The notes below the pieces were generated by a model. The model saw only the letters and a program-made list of their open reading frames with translations. It did no database searches and had not been told where the DNA came from. Shown in pieces: positions 1 to 12,180 of a DNA stretch of 64,000 bases. Origin of the DNA: the human T2T-CHM13v2.0 reference genome, Homo sapiens; assembly GCF_009914755.1 (NCBI RefSeq), contig NC_060937.1; one strand, given 5' to 3'. How positions within the stretch are numbered: the stretch's first letter is position 1; the number at the start of each line of letters is the position of its first letter. The position numbers were made by a program, and so were the translations under genes.

Positions 1-1570
1 TTGATTCCTTTCTCATTTCTTTTTGTGCATAGTCTGTAAATAGTTTTTATGGTTACCCATAAGGATTACATATAACATCCTGAAGTTATAACAATCTGTT
101 TTGAGTAGTAGACAGCTTAACTTTAGTTGCATATAAAACCTCTACTGCTTTACAAATCTGCCCCCCTTTATTTTTTCGATGTCACAAATTACATTCCTCT
201 ATATTGTATACCTGTTAAGATAGATTGATATTTTACGTATTTGTCCTTTAAATTCTGTAGAAAATAAAAAGTAGAATTATAAATTAAAATTACACTAATA
301 TTGGTTTTTATGTTTGCCCATGTATTTACCTTTACCAGAGATATTTTTATCATTGTATGGCTTTGAGTTACTGCATAGCCTTCTTTCACATTAACGTGAA
401 GCACTTTCATTAGCATTTCTTATAGGGAAAGTCTACTGGTAATGAACTCCCTCAGCTTTTGTTTATCTGGGGATATTTTAATTTCTCCTTCACTTTTGAA
501 GAATACTTTGACAGCTTTTTTTCTTTTGGTGCTGTAAATATACATTGTCTTCGGGCCTCCAAGGTTTCTGCTGAGAAATTTGCAGATAATATTATTGAGG
601 ATCCCTTGTACTTGACAAATTGCATTTTTCTTGCAGCTTTCAGGATTCTCTGTGTCCTTCAGCAGTTGGAGTTCCTTGAGCTCTTAGATTTATAGATTCA
701 TGTCTCATCAAATTTTGGAAGGTTTTTTGCCATTATTTCTTCAAATAATTTCTGTCTCTTTGTCTCTCTCTTCTCCTGTGATTCCTATAATGCATACATT
801 AGTCTGCTTGATAGTGACTCACAAGTACCTTAGACTCTGTTTACTTCTCTTCATTGTTGTTTTTATTTTTTTCAGGCTTCATTATTTTAATTGTCCTATA
901 TTCAAGTTGGCTCGTTCTTTCCTTCTGCCTGTCCAAATCTGCAGTAGAACCTTTGGTGGATTTTTTAAAATTACAATTACTGTATTTTTCAATACAATCT
1001 ATGGAATTTCTGTTTGGTTATTTTATATAATTTCTCTATGTTGATATTATCATTTTGTCCCCTAGATCATTTTTCTGATTATTCTCTAGTTCTTTGTCCA
1101 TATTTTTCTTGAGCTGTTTAAGCATATTTAAGACAGTTGTTTTAAGCCTATTGAGTCCAACGCCTGTGCTTCTTTGAGAACTGTTTTTACCATTCTGTTT
1201 TCTTCCTTTGAATGGGTCATGTTTTTCTGTTCCTTGGTGTGCCTTGTGGTATTTTTGTTGAAATTGGGCATTTGAGAAAATAGCTACCTTCCCTTGTCTT
1301 TGCAGACTGGCTCTTGATGTAACAGTCCTTCACTGAGTGGTTGTGTGTGCCCTGAGCCTTGAGATCAGCCTGAGGTCAGGCTTAAGATCTTCTCAGATGT
1401 TTTCTGAGCATGCATCTTGCCTGGGCCTCAGTGTGGCTTTTTCAATTCCCCTGTATATATAACTGCTTTTATATGCCTTAATGTCCTAAAGAGTCTGAGC
1501 TCAGATTCTCCTCCAGGCCTTAGATGGTCTATTGTATGTCTCTACTTATAATCTCCTGCTTTCCACAAAA
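1..1570 (-). mobile_element. Old L1M-family LINE fragment (inter-ORF, ORF1 and 5' region)
   Basis: T-rich antisense L1 texture; collinear with 33305-37640 (e.g. GGATTACATATAACATCCT, ACATATTTAAGACAGTTG, CAGATTCTCCTCC.GGCCTTAGATGGTCTATTGTATG occur, with small differences, in both). Confidence 0.75.
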
Positions 1571-1835
1571 TTTGCTTTTCTCTAATTATGTATACATAGC
1601 TTTTAACTATAATACATTTCAGTTCAATTTAATGCCTCATTTACCATGTTATATGTTAATTTTATCAACAAGTGAAAGTACCCTTTCAGATACAGTTCAG
1701 TTACTGTTTGCCTCATTTAACCATATTATGTAAAATTCATCAACTACTGAACTTACTCTTCAAGATACTATAGATCGACTTTTTCTATAAATATTTATGA
1801 AATACTGCAAAATAACTTTGGAATCTTAAATGAAG

Positions 1836-2007
1836 GAAAAAGAACCTGTGTGAAGAATTTGCAAGAACTACTGATGATTATCTATCAAATTTAATAAAGG
1901 CTAAAAGCTACATTGAAGAGAAAAAAAATAATTTGAATGCAGCTATGAACATAGCAAGAGCATTACAATTATCGCCTTCTCTAAGAACATACTGTGACCT
2001 GAATCAG
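1836..2007 (+). CDS. RNF17: RNF17 coding exon (window exon 1), helical/coiled-coil region
   Basis: AG|G AAA AAG AAC... reads KKNLCEEFARTTDDYLSNLIKAKSYIEEKKNNLNAAMNIARALQLSPSLRTYCDLNQ; ends CAG|GTAATT in phase 0, matching the next exon. The acceptor is atypical, so the start is less certain. Confidence 0.85.
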
Positions 2008-3195
2008 GTAATTTAATAGTTCACAATGTGAGTTATTTCTGTGGTAGCTTATTTTACATGCTTTGGAATATATTTAAGACAAGAATTTGTTTTTCAGATT
2101 ATCCTAACCTATATTATTATTTAGAATTCTAAATTGATGACAATATAGGTTAGGATAGTCTAAGTTATAATAAAATAATGTATAAAATCTAAGACAAACA
2201 TTGTAAAATTTATATGACCTTTTGTTTTTTTTGACCAGTTAGGGAAATGGTGCAATTAAGTCTTTGTAACACTTGATCTGAGAGCAAGTAAGGTGACATT
2301 GAGGTGAAAGTTTAGGTTTCTAGGACACCCGATTAAAAAAATGAGGACAAATAAGGGTAGCAAACTGAATAGGACTCTATTTTGTTCACATAAACAATTT
2401 AGGTGTGGCTGTCAACTCTTAACGTTAAAATTTAATTCAAAATCCTAGTCAAGTTTTTCTCTTCCAATTCCATTCCAAATTGTGCAAGTCAAGAGACAGC
2501 TTCAGCCATCTCCTATCATCTAATCATGTGCCTGAGGGGTAGAATTGGGCAAAAAAACAAAAGTTTCTTATACTTTGACAGGACAAGATTAATCACAGAT
2601 CTTTGCTGACTTCTGCCTCACTCCCTAAGGGTATAGGTTTTGCTTTAGTCATCTTTGAATCTTCAGGATCTCACTTCCCGTGGATAATCAGGTGTATAGA
2701 AGAGAAGCCATTAGTTTACCTGCCTCCAAAGTCTCTAACGTTAAATGAAAGGACAATTTGCCATGACCCTACTTGGCTAGGTGTCCCAGGCTTTAGTTCT
2801 AAAACAATAATAGTTGTTTCCTGTGTATTACACGTGCAACACTAGGTGATGAAAAAAATGATAAAATTTGGTCTTTATCCTAGTTAATCTAGCTAAGAAA
2901 ATAGGGCAGAAAGGGAGAAAACTCTTGAAGATAGCAGCACAGTTGCAAAATGAATCTGATCGAGTTTTCTCTGATCATGTAGCTCTATCCTATTTCTTAG
3001 TGTCTATTGTTACCTTTTATACATATCTACAAAAGTCATAAACACTTATTTGTATCCCTTTGAGTGCCCCAAATTGAGCCTGAATGCAATAATTAATGAA
3101 ATACCTAAAAGATACAGTTTTCTTTCTAAAATCTTACTGTTCAGCAATATTTGTGACAAGATTCACACATGAATGATTTTTTTTTTAAATTCTAG

Positions 3196-3272
3196 ATTAT
3201 CCGGACTTTGCAGTTAACTTCAGATAGTGAATTAGCACAAGTTAGTTCTCCACAACTAAGGAACCCTCCCAG
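3196..3272 (+). CDS. RNF17: RNF17 coding exon 2
   Basis: T-tract..TCTAG|ATT ATC CGG = IIRTLQLTSDSELAQVSSPQLRNPP(R); donor AG|GTAAGT; phase 0 to 2. Confidence 0.92.
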
Positions 3273-3545
3273 GTAAGTAAGTCATAGTTCAGGAGACCAT
3301 AACAAGTATAAAGATGTGCTGGAACTTAAATGTATTAAAATAGCAAGTAATAATAAATTGAAATTTTGGGTCACAAATGTTTACTAAGTTAGTAACCAAA
3401 TTAAGATAAGTGTAATTTGTGCTAACTTAGAAAGTTATTTAAATGTTTCCTTTTCAATTCATTAATGTCAGCAATTGATTTTTGTTTAGAGAACATGATA
3501 CATTTGTATTAGAACATTTATGTATATGTTAATGTTTTATTATAG

Positions 3546-3620
3546 GTTGAGTGTGAATTGCAGTGAGATCATCTGTATGTTCAACAATATGGGAAAGATT
3601 GAATTTAGGGACTCAACAAA
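3546..3620 (+). CDS. RNF17: RNF17 coding exon 3
   Basis: TATAG|G TTG AGT = LSVNCSEIICMFNNMGKIEFRDST(K); donor AA|GTAAGT; phase 2 to 2. Confidence 0.92.
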
Positions 3621-4254
3621 GTAAGTATTTATAAGCATGGTAACATGCCATTAGTGTCTGACAGTACTTACATTATCTAAGAGACAGAAGAATTGATGTT
3701 TAGTGTAATTCAAAAGCTGAAAAATAAAGGGCAAAATAGTTTCTATAGTTAAATTCTACATATAATGTTTTTTAAAAGGCCTAGAAGGGATCAGTATTCA
3801 GCAATATACATGTCGAAGTTATCTTTGAGATTGATTCAGTCAGCAAGCATTGAACACTGCTAGGCACTAACACCCTAGATATTGAGATAAATGTCCGAGA
3901 AATTACAATAAGTAGAGGAAGAAGGACATGCAAACAATAAAATGCATAATTGCTAGGGTAATGTATGCAGAATTTACTTGAGGTGCCAAGCAAGGGAATG
4001 ATCAGTTCTTACTGGGGTAACAGGACTTGGAAAGATATTTTCTTTTCCCTTATCTATTAAAATTAAGTAGCAAGTAGAAAGGAGGAGAAAAAGGAAGTAT
4101 GCATCTTATAGGCAGTGAATATATGGGCAGTGAAATAGCATGCTAGGTTCAGGGAATGGTGTATATAATTCCATTCTCTATGTCCCCAAGGATACATAGA
4201 TGCTAAGTCTTAAAGACTTTGTATGCTGTCTGATGATGTTTGAACCTTATGATC

Positions 4255-4908
4255 CATGCTGTCCAGTATAGTAGCCACTAATCACATGTAGCTATTTAAA
4301 TTTAAACATAAATTAATTAAAACTAAATAGAATTAAAATCCAGTTCCTCAGTTCCATTAGCCCACATTTCAAGTTCTCAGTAGCCACATGTCGTTAGTGA
4401 CTACCTGTCTTATTCTATTTGTGCTGCTATAACAAAGTTTAAAAAGAACAGATGTTGTTTATTCTTCTGTAATTCATAAAGAACAGGTGTTTATTTGCTT
4501 GCAGTTCTGGCGGCTGAGAAGCCCAAGATCATAATGCTGGCAGATTTGGTTTCTGGTGAGGGCCCTGATCTCTGCTTTAAGATAGCACTTTGAATGCTGT
4601 GTCCTCACATGGCAGAAAGCATGGAAGAGCATAAAAGGGACAAATAACTATCTTCACAAGGTGGAAGAGCAGAAGAGCAAAAAAGGGCATAAGCTAGTTC
4701 CCTCCAGACTTGTTGTAAGGCACAAATCCATTCATGAGGGCAGAGCCCTCATTGCTTGATCATTAATTTCCCCAAAGGCCCCACCTCTTAATGTCACCAC
4801 AATGGGAATTAAGTTTCAACATGAATTTTGAAACATTTAGACCAAAGCACTGCTATATTAGACAATGCGGCATATTTCTATTATCACCAAAAGTTCTGTT
4901 GTACAGTA
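4255..4908. mobile_element. MER33/MER3-like hAT-Charlie DNA transposon, split by a MaLR LTR
   Basis: GCTGTCCAGTATAGTAGCCACTAATCACATGTAGCTA...CAGTTCCTCAGT...CACATTTCAAGT resembles the recalled consensus; resumes after 4850. Confidence 0.7.
4406..4849 (-). mobile_element. MST-family MaLR solo LTR
   Basis: TGTCTTATTCTATTTGTGCTGCTATAACA...AAGTTTCAACATGAATTTTG...GCA; TG..CA ends. Confidence 0.8.
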
Positions 4909-6889
4909 TAGTTCTAGGGAGTAGAAAGCCACTAAAAGGTTTTAAGCATGAAAGTAAAAATTATTAGATTACATTTTTTAGGGATAATTTTGATGGCCAT
5001 TTGGGGGATTATTTGGCGTAAGAGGATGACAGTGAAGGCTGAAGGATCACTTAGGCCATCATATCAGTAGACTCAGCAACTCATGAGAACTAAAACTTAA
5101 CTAATAGCACTGGATAGGGACTGAGAATAGATATGACAAATGCAAAATAGGGAAAATTAATAAAACTCAGTAATGCTTGAACGTGAGGCATGAGGAAAAG
5201 GGAAGCATCATCAATGGTTTGTTACGCTTTGGTGACTAAGTCGATGGATTGTGGTATTCATCAAGATTAGGAATACAGGAAGCAAAGTAAGTTGGGAGGG
5301 GGAAGATAGTATGTTGAGTACTTACTGTTTACCAGCTTTCTGGAGAGAAATGTGTACAGCTTAATTGGATATGAATGCTGAAACTTAAGAGATCTTGGTC
5401 TTGATTCTGGGTTTAGGAGTAATCAGAATATAGATGTAGAAACCACCAAAAGAGAAATAAGTTCTTTCATTGTAGGTGGATTGTCTCCAATGGAAATGGT
5501 CCCCTGAGAAAAGCAACGCATTTGTTACCTTAGGGAACAAATTAGTCTGGCTCACAGTATTACCATTTCAGAAGCACATAGGATGATGTATACTCTAAGC
5601 CAGGTAAATTCATATAAACCAAGGTCACAAAACTGATGTGTAGTCAAAATGCCAGTTTGTTAACTTAATGGATAAATATAATTGTGAACAGGGACTAGAA
5701 CTGAGGAGCTAACTTGTCAGAAGTTACTTTTTTGGTAATCTTTTTTGAATAAAGGGAATAAAATTAATCAGATAGGTTAACAGAATTAGGCTAAGATAGC
5801 TGATTAGATTCCTCTCCATCAGAGGGAAGACCTTGCCAGAGGAAGTGGAATACCAGTCCTTCGGCTCAGTCATCTTTCTCCATGCTTGGGAGAGCCCTGC
5901 CCCATATTTACTGCTGTGACTTGACTTTATGCTTACATGGATAATCAACAACCTTTGCAATCAATATGTTCTTTTTGACATTTTCACAACTTGAATATGG
6001 TTACTATCCGCATTTCTAAGACACTAAAAACTATTCTGCCTCTTTAAGCATCTGTACTGATCTTCTACTTTAAATTTAACTCTGAGAGCTGCCTTTTAAA
6101 TTTTTTCCTAGTTTTTAGGGAAAGTATTAGTATAACCTGCATGTACTGATTACAAATGGTAGTTAAACCATGGGTTTGCACAGTAAGAGCAGGTATTCAA
6201 ACAGGTCAAGGACAATACCCTGGAAGGATACTAAAATTTAAAGCAGAGAAAGGGTAATCTGTAAAAAAAAAACTTGAGAAGGAGCAGACAGAAGTTGAAG
6301 GAGAACAGAAGTGGTGTTGTATAAGTCAAAGCAGAGGTTTATGACACCGGAGCTGATTAATAATGTTGCATGTCTCAGGTCTAATAAGAATTGTTATGAA
6401 AAGAGACATTTAGATTGCAAGGTCGTGTACATATATATGGCTCTCAGTTGTTTGGACTTCAACATATATCAATTTTACTTAGTTAAATGTATGTCCTCTG
6501 TTGGAAGAGGCAGATAAACATGCATCATTGCTAAATCCAGTTGGCTTTGTTGATCGTTATTTCCACAGTGGCTTCTTAAACACTGATCTGTGAAGAAGCT
6601 AAATCCATCATGGAATAACTAAAATATAAACTTCATGAAACCCAATCTTATCTCATTGTAAAATTTCTATACTTGTAGATTTGATAGCCTAAAAACTGTC
6701 TGGATATGTGGAGAAAATAGAAAAATATGGAGTAGAATGGATAAATAACTGGCAGTGGGTCAGTGGCTATTGAATAATCATGCCCAAAAGATTCAGATTA
6801 ATGTCCATGGTGGGAGTTTCTAGTGACTTATTCATGGTTGTACCATATACCTCTGTATTCATAGCTTATATCTCTGTATTTTTAAACAG

Positions 6890-7194
6890 ATGTTATCCCC
6901 AAGAAAATGAAATTAGACAGAATGTTCAAAAGAAATATAATAACAAAAAGGAACTTTCTTGTTACGATACATACCCACCGCTAGAAAAGAAAAAGGTTGA
7001 CATGTCTGTCCTAACCAGTGAAGCACCACCACCTCCTTTGCAACCTGAGACAAATGATGTACATTTAGAAGCAAAAAACTTCCAGCCACAGAAAGACGTT
7101 GCAACAGCATCCCCTAAAACCATTGCTGTGTTACCTCAGATGGGATCTAGCCCTGATGTGATAATTGAAGAAATTATTGAAGACAACGTGGAAA
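6890..7194 (+). CDS. RNF17: RNF17 coding exon 4, Pro-rich linker
   Basis: AACAG|A TGT TAT = [10 protein letters not shown]...[14 protein letters not shown] (inside ORF 6780-7244); donor GAAA|GTAAGT; phase 2 to 1. Confidence 0.93.
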
Positions 7195-8002
7195 GTAAGT
7201 TAAAATGTAAAAGCAGAGGGGAAAGATCTTGTATCTGTAATTAGACACAGTTGGTACCTTTTTCGTCCATGCATTTAACAGAAATATAATTGCTGTTATA
7301 ATCTTATTCCTCATTATGAGTTAAAACCTGTTCATTCCATGCCCCTACTCTCACATTTTCCAGAGTTAGGATAATTTTTATTTTTAATGCAGTAATATAG
7401 CTAACCTCTGAGGTATAAATTAATATCTGGTTTAATTAGGGTATTTTGAGATTTTTTAGTGTTCTCACATATAAGCCTTGTATAAAAGATATAAATAGAG
7501 AGATGTGATTTGTGGACATAGTTTTATTACTTTCTTTGAATTAAGAACATCTCTTCAATCTTTGTTGTGAGATTTAATATAAACTATCATGATTACAATG
7601 TTATCTATTTTATAACATTTAAATGTATCACAGTTGTATTTGATTAGATTTTCAATGTCAGTATTCTTTCCATTAACATGGAGTGAGATACTACACTATG
7701 TAGTTTTATACTAATAGTCTCCTTTAAGACCATTTTTCAAGATCAGCTTTTATTTTCCCCTACCTGTTGTCTATTTTATTGGTTGACTCTCCAGAATTGC
7801 ATTTTAGAAAAGGACACACTTCTTTCCACTGTATTATCATTGATGTCTCAATTACTTAAGATACCTGTAATAACTTTATTCATTGATACAAGGGATGTTG
7901 CCATTCCAGTGTTTTGCCAATTTCAGTACAGCTTTTTAAAAACTAGCATGTCATTGTTAACATAGTTAGTACAAGTTGTCTTTATTTCTTATTTTGATGA
8001 AG

Positions 8003-8112
8003 CATGCGGCACAGATGATCTTGGGGAGACACCTAGATATCCAAAAAAGCCTCTTCAGAAAAACTCATCTGTTCCTTTTGGATCAAAAGCAGATACTGTA
8101 ACAACTGTCTGA
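8003..8112 (+). CDS. RNF17: Putative alternative terminal coding exon of RNF17 (short, Tudor-less isoform)
   Basis: Pyrimidine tract plus GAAG|CA TGC GGC; a phase-1 join to exon 4 gives [39 protein letters not shown]; variant poly(A) signal AGTAAA at 8175-8180. Confidence 0.7.
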
Positions 8113-8239
8113 GCTTGATGTAGTGGAGTTTACTGTATGTGTAGTAAGTAGCTCTTACCTAGTGTGAGGTAGTAAGTAAAGTGAATTTCACTGATAACTA
8201 AAACATATTACTTTCTAATGTTAAAAGTTTTAATTCCGG

Positions 8240-8538
<299 letters not shown>

Positions 8539-8582
8539 GTGTTTTGACTCTGGCAGAAATATTCCCCCCAATAAAAAAAATA

Positions 8583-8866
8583 TTTTTTGAGACAGAGTCT
8601 TACTGTGTTGCCCAGGCTGGAATGCAGTGGCGCGATCCTGGCTCACTGCAACCTCCTCAGGCTCAAATGATTCTTGTGCCTCAGCCTCCGGAGTAGCTGG
8701 GATTATAGGCACATGCCACAATCCTCAGCTAATTTTTGTATTTTTAGTAGAGATGAGGTTTCACCATGTCAGCTAGGCTGATCTCAAAACTCCTGTCCTC
8801 AAGCGATCCTCCCTCCTTGGCCTCCCAAAGTGCCGGGATTATAGGCGTGAGCCATCGTGCGCAGCC
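8583..8866 (-). mobile_element. Alu
   Basis: TTTTTTGAGACAGAGTCT...CCCAAAGTGCCGGGATTATAGGCGTGAGCC. Confidence 0.92.
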
Positions 8867-9980
8867 AGGAATATTTCCAAAATTTATACTTCTCTCAGAT
8901 GTCACCCCAGTTGTATGTGTTTATCTTTTTACCCCACCCTAAATATGGGCATTATTCTTTATATTTTCTATTGGATAGTTAAAATGACCCATTTGTTCAG
9001 TTTCTGTCATCTATCTATACTTGACTATATTCATTTCCACTCCTCCTAGTCTTTGTTTTTTAAACAATTTTACCATGTAAACATTTACCTCATTCAGAAA
9101 TTAAATATATATTAAAATATTATGTGAAACTTCCCCCCATCCTATTCCCATTCTATTCAGTGTCTCCATCTCTTCCACATTTTCTTTATGCATTTATAAA
9201 TAAACACAAATTATTTTTCCAAACTTCTCTCTCCCTCTCTCTCTCTATGTGTGTGTGGCGGGGGTGTCTTTTTTTTTTTTTTTACACAAAACGTAGCATA
9301 CCACTGTTTTGTTTTTGCATTCCTTCCTTAACATTGTACTTTGGAGATCTTTTCATATTAGTGAAGACACTTGGCTTAAGAAAATTTTCTGACTGTCTTT
9401 ACCTCTACTCACCCCACCAAAAAGCACACGCATTCCCCTAAATGCTGCTCAGTACTTTGGCTTTGCCTAGACATTTTTTCACATCTGATTTATAAGACTA
9501 ACCTGATTTATAAGACTTGGGAGTCAGAGTGGCTATGAGCTGTATTGGTTCTATAGGTAGAGTATAGATGGAACTGGCTTTTGTAGGTTATCCTAGAAAC
9601 CTAATCATTATCAGTAGGGGTTCTGAGTTCCAAATATGTTCATAAAGAAACTGAACTTTTGTAATACAGTAGAGTTACAGCATATACGTTGACTTTAGAA
9701 TCTTAACTATCACATAGACTATGATTTCATTTATTTAGCGTATTTTGCAAGTATTATGAAGTATTTGCAGTTCAGGTTACTAAAGAATTCATTGTTGAAA
9801 GTGATCCATTTGTTTTATCAATCATTTAGGGCTTGCACTACTTCCTGGGGCCGACGTGCGATATTCCCAGAGTTCACAATGCCATAAGACACTCTTTTAG
9901 AGGCTATTATGGTTGTTCAGCTTTCATGAATTATTTTCTAACTCATGGTTTATTAATGTGGCTTAAACATTTTTATCCAG

Positions 9981-10139
9981 GTTCTGCAGAGCTAGTTTTT
10001 GTAAGCCATGTAATAGATCCTTGCCATTTCTACATTCGGAAGTATTCACAAATAAAAGACGCCAAAGTACTGGAGAAGAAGGTGAATGAATTTTGCAATA
10101 GGAGTTCACACCTTGATCCTTCAGACATTTTGGAACTAG
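9981..10139 (+). CDS. RNF17: RNF17 coding exon 5, start of first extended-Tudor repeat
   Basis: TCCAG|GT TCT GCA = [20 protein letters not shown]...DILEL; the VSHV.DP..FY motif is typical of the eTud N-terminal strands; donor AG|GTAATG; phase 1 to 1. Confidence 0.93.
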
Positions 10140-11317
10140 GTAATGAAATATTAGTCCAAGTTAAAATATCAAATTTATTTAAATAATATAATAACTTGGC
10201 CAACCCACATAAGACTTGTTATAATATAGATTTTTGCTCTAAGTTCATTTGTAGTAAGCATAAAAGTTTTAGGATTATTTAACATAAATTATTTAGGCAA
10301 ATTAGCTAAGGATTAAGATGGAATGTTGGCACATTTTTTAGAGTGAGATATGTACAGAAACTCCATTATGTAGTAGGGCGAATTTCTTTTAAAACTACAA
10401 AACCCATGACAGATTATATAGCCTGTCCCCTTGTCTCCATGAAGAACTGTGCCTGTAAGATGATTCTTGTGTAACTCCAGTCTCTTGCTCGCCATGTGTG
10501 AGTGTTGGGGCTAGCATTGAGCACCTGAGATTCAGGAGGCCTGTGGCACCCATTCCCAGCGCCCTACAGAGGATAATTGTAAATTCAGTCAGTCTTTTAA
10601 TTGTGAGGATATGTGAATTTGCCATGCTTCGGGCTTTTGTTACGAGTATTTTTCTTATAACGTTGACTGAATTTGATTGTACCTTGTAATATGAGGAAGC
10701 TATGATTCATTTGTATTAATAGAGTATTTTTCTCATTATGTTAGTAGCAATCAATACCTATATATAACTAATACAGAAAGTGTTTATCTGTCTAGTCTTG
10801 ATTGTCATTTAAAAGTATGATTAACTCTCAGCTCATCTGTGTAACTTTTCAGAATATCAGAAGAGTAGGATCATCATATACTTTGACAAAAATGAATAGT
10901 AATTCTAAAACTTAAAAAATAACATTTATGCTATGTGAGCTGGGAACATTAGGTTGTTAGTATCTAAGAGGAGGGAAGTGTAGTACTGAATTCAATTTTT
11001 GTGGTTGCAAATAATGTGTCTAAAATGTAATACATTCCAAAAATAGCTTATTTTCAGAAAATGTTCTAAGACAGCCAGAAAGTTGTGCTTTAAGTTGTTA
11101 ATGATAATTATGTTGGCAAAGTAAATACAGCTGATTAAAACACTCATTTATATTTTGAGAAATTAGTGATAAGGGAAGACATGTGAATTGTTGATTTAGC
11201 AGAGGAGAGTATCCTCTTGTTCCCTTTTCCTGCCTCTGTACTTCATCATGAAGAACAGTAAATGGCTTCAGCAGACTTTTATCCATTGAAAGAAAGAATA
11301 GTTTTATAGAATATATA

Positions 11318-11555
11318 CAGCAGGTCTTCAAATAACATTATCTCATTATAATTTTGATGAGAAAAAAATCAATTCCTGGTTTGGGCAAATGTCTGTGTTG
11401 AGTTTGCACATTCTCCCCGTGTCTGTGTGGGTTTTTTCAGGTACTCTGGTTTCCTCGCACATCCTAAAGATGCACACGTTAGGTTAATTGGTGTGTCTAC
11501 ATTGTCCCAGTCTGAGTGGCAGGGAGAGAGAGAGAGAGAGAGACAAAGAGTGTGT

Positions 11556-11591
<36 letters not shown>

Positions 11592-12180
11592 ACCCTGCAA
11601 TGGAATGGTGTTCTGACCAGGATTGTTTCCTGCCTTGTGCCCTGAGCTGCCTGGATGGGCTTCAGCCACCCTCGACTCTAGAATAAGCGGGTTGGAGAAT
11701 GAATAAATAAATATATATTATCATAAAATTCATAAAGTATTTGATAACTATACAAATACATGACAATAAATGATGCAGTACAAAAGCGCTCTGTGAATCC
11801 ACCTTATTTATGATTGTTTTTGAACTGTGGTGCCAGGAGGTACTCCTTACAATTCTCACTTTGCAAGCTGTAATTCTTTGAGTTAACCCACTACCACTAT
11901 GACTGCCGTCACTCACTGATTCACCAAAAATTGAGTAAATATCTTACTTGTTCATCTTTCTTAAATGTACATTTAGCTCACACTTGTTTCAGTATTTAAT
12001 ATTAGAAGTGTTTGGGGTCTTTATAAGTTTGATGATGTTTTTGTGACCAGAAATACACGTAGAAACTTAACTCTTGTTTATATCAATTAGCCTATGTGGT
12101 AAGATTGGTTTTGTTATGCCATTTTGCTTAAAGTCACAGTTTCTAAGAATGTATCAATGACATTAAGTGGGGATTTACTA
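11318..12180 (+). mobile_element. MER6 (TcMar-Tigger non-autonomous element), about full length
   Basis: TA|CAGCAGGTCTTCAAATAAC start, diagnostic GAGTTTGCACATTCTCCCCGTGTCTGTGTGGGTTTT core, ends GACATTAAGTGGGGATTTACTA|TA. Confidence 0.8.
11524..11589. repeat. Compound (GA)n-(GT)n microsatellite inside MER6
   Basis: Seen directly. Confidence 0.95.

Noticed and set aside
1-1570. Apparent segmental duplication with 33305-37640
   Set aside because: Both are diverged copies of related old L1M elements; the similarity is confined to repeat sequence.
6780-6889. ATG-initiated in-frame extensions of exons (also 13205, 45658)
   Set aside because: Open frames running into intron occur by chance; canonical acceptors with matching phase explain the exons.
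9485-9517. 15-nt tandem duplication CTGATTTATAAGACT and ~9-10 bp hairpins at ~13098 and ~17500
   Set aside because: Common slippage products or near chance expectation; no functional context.
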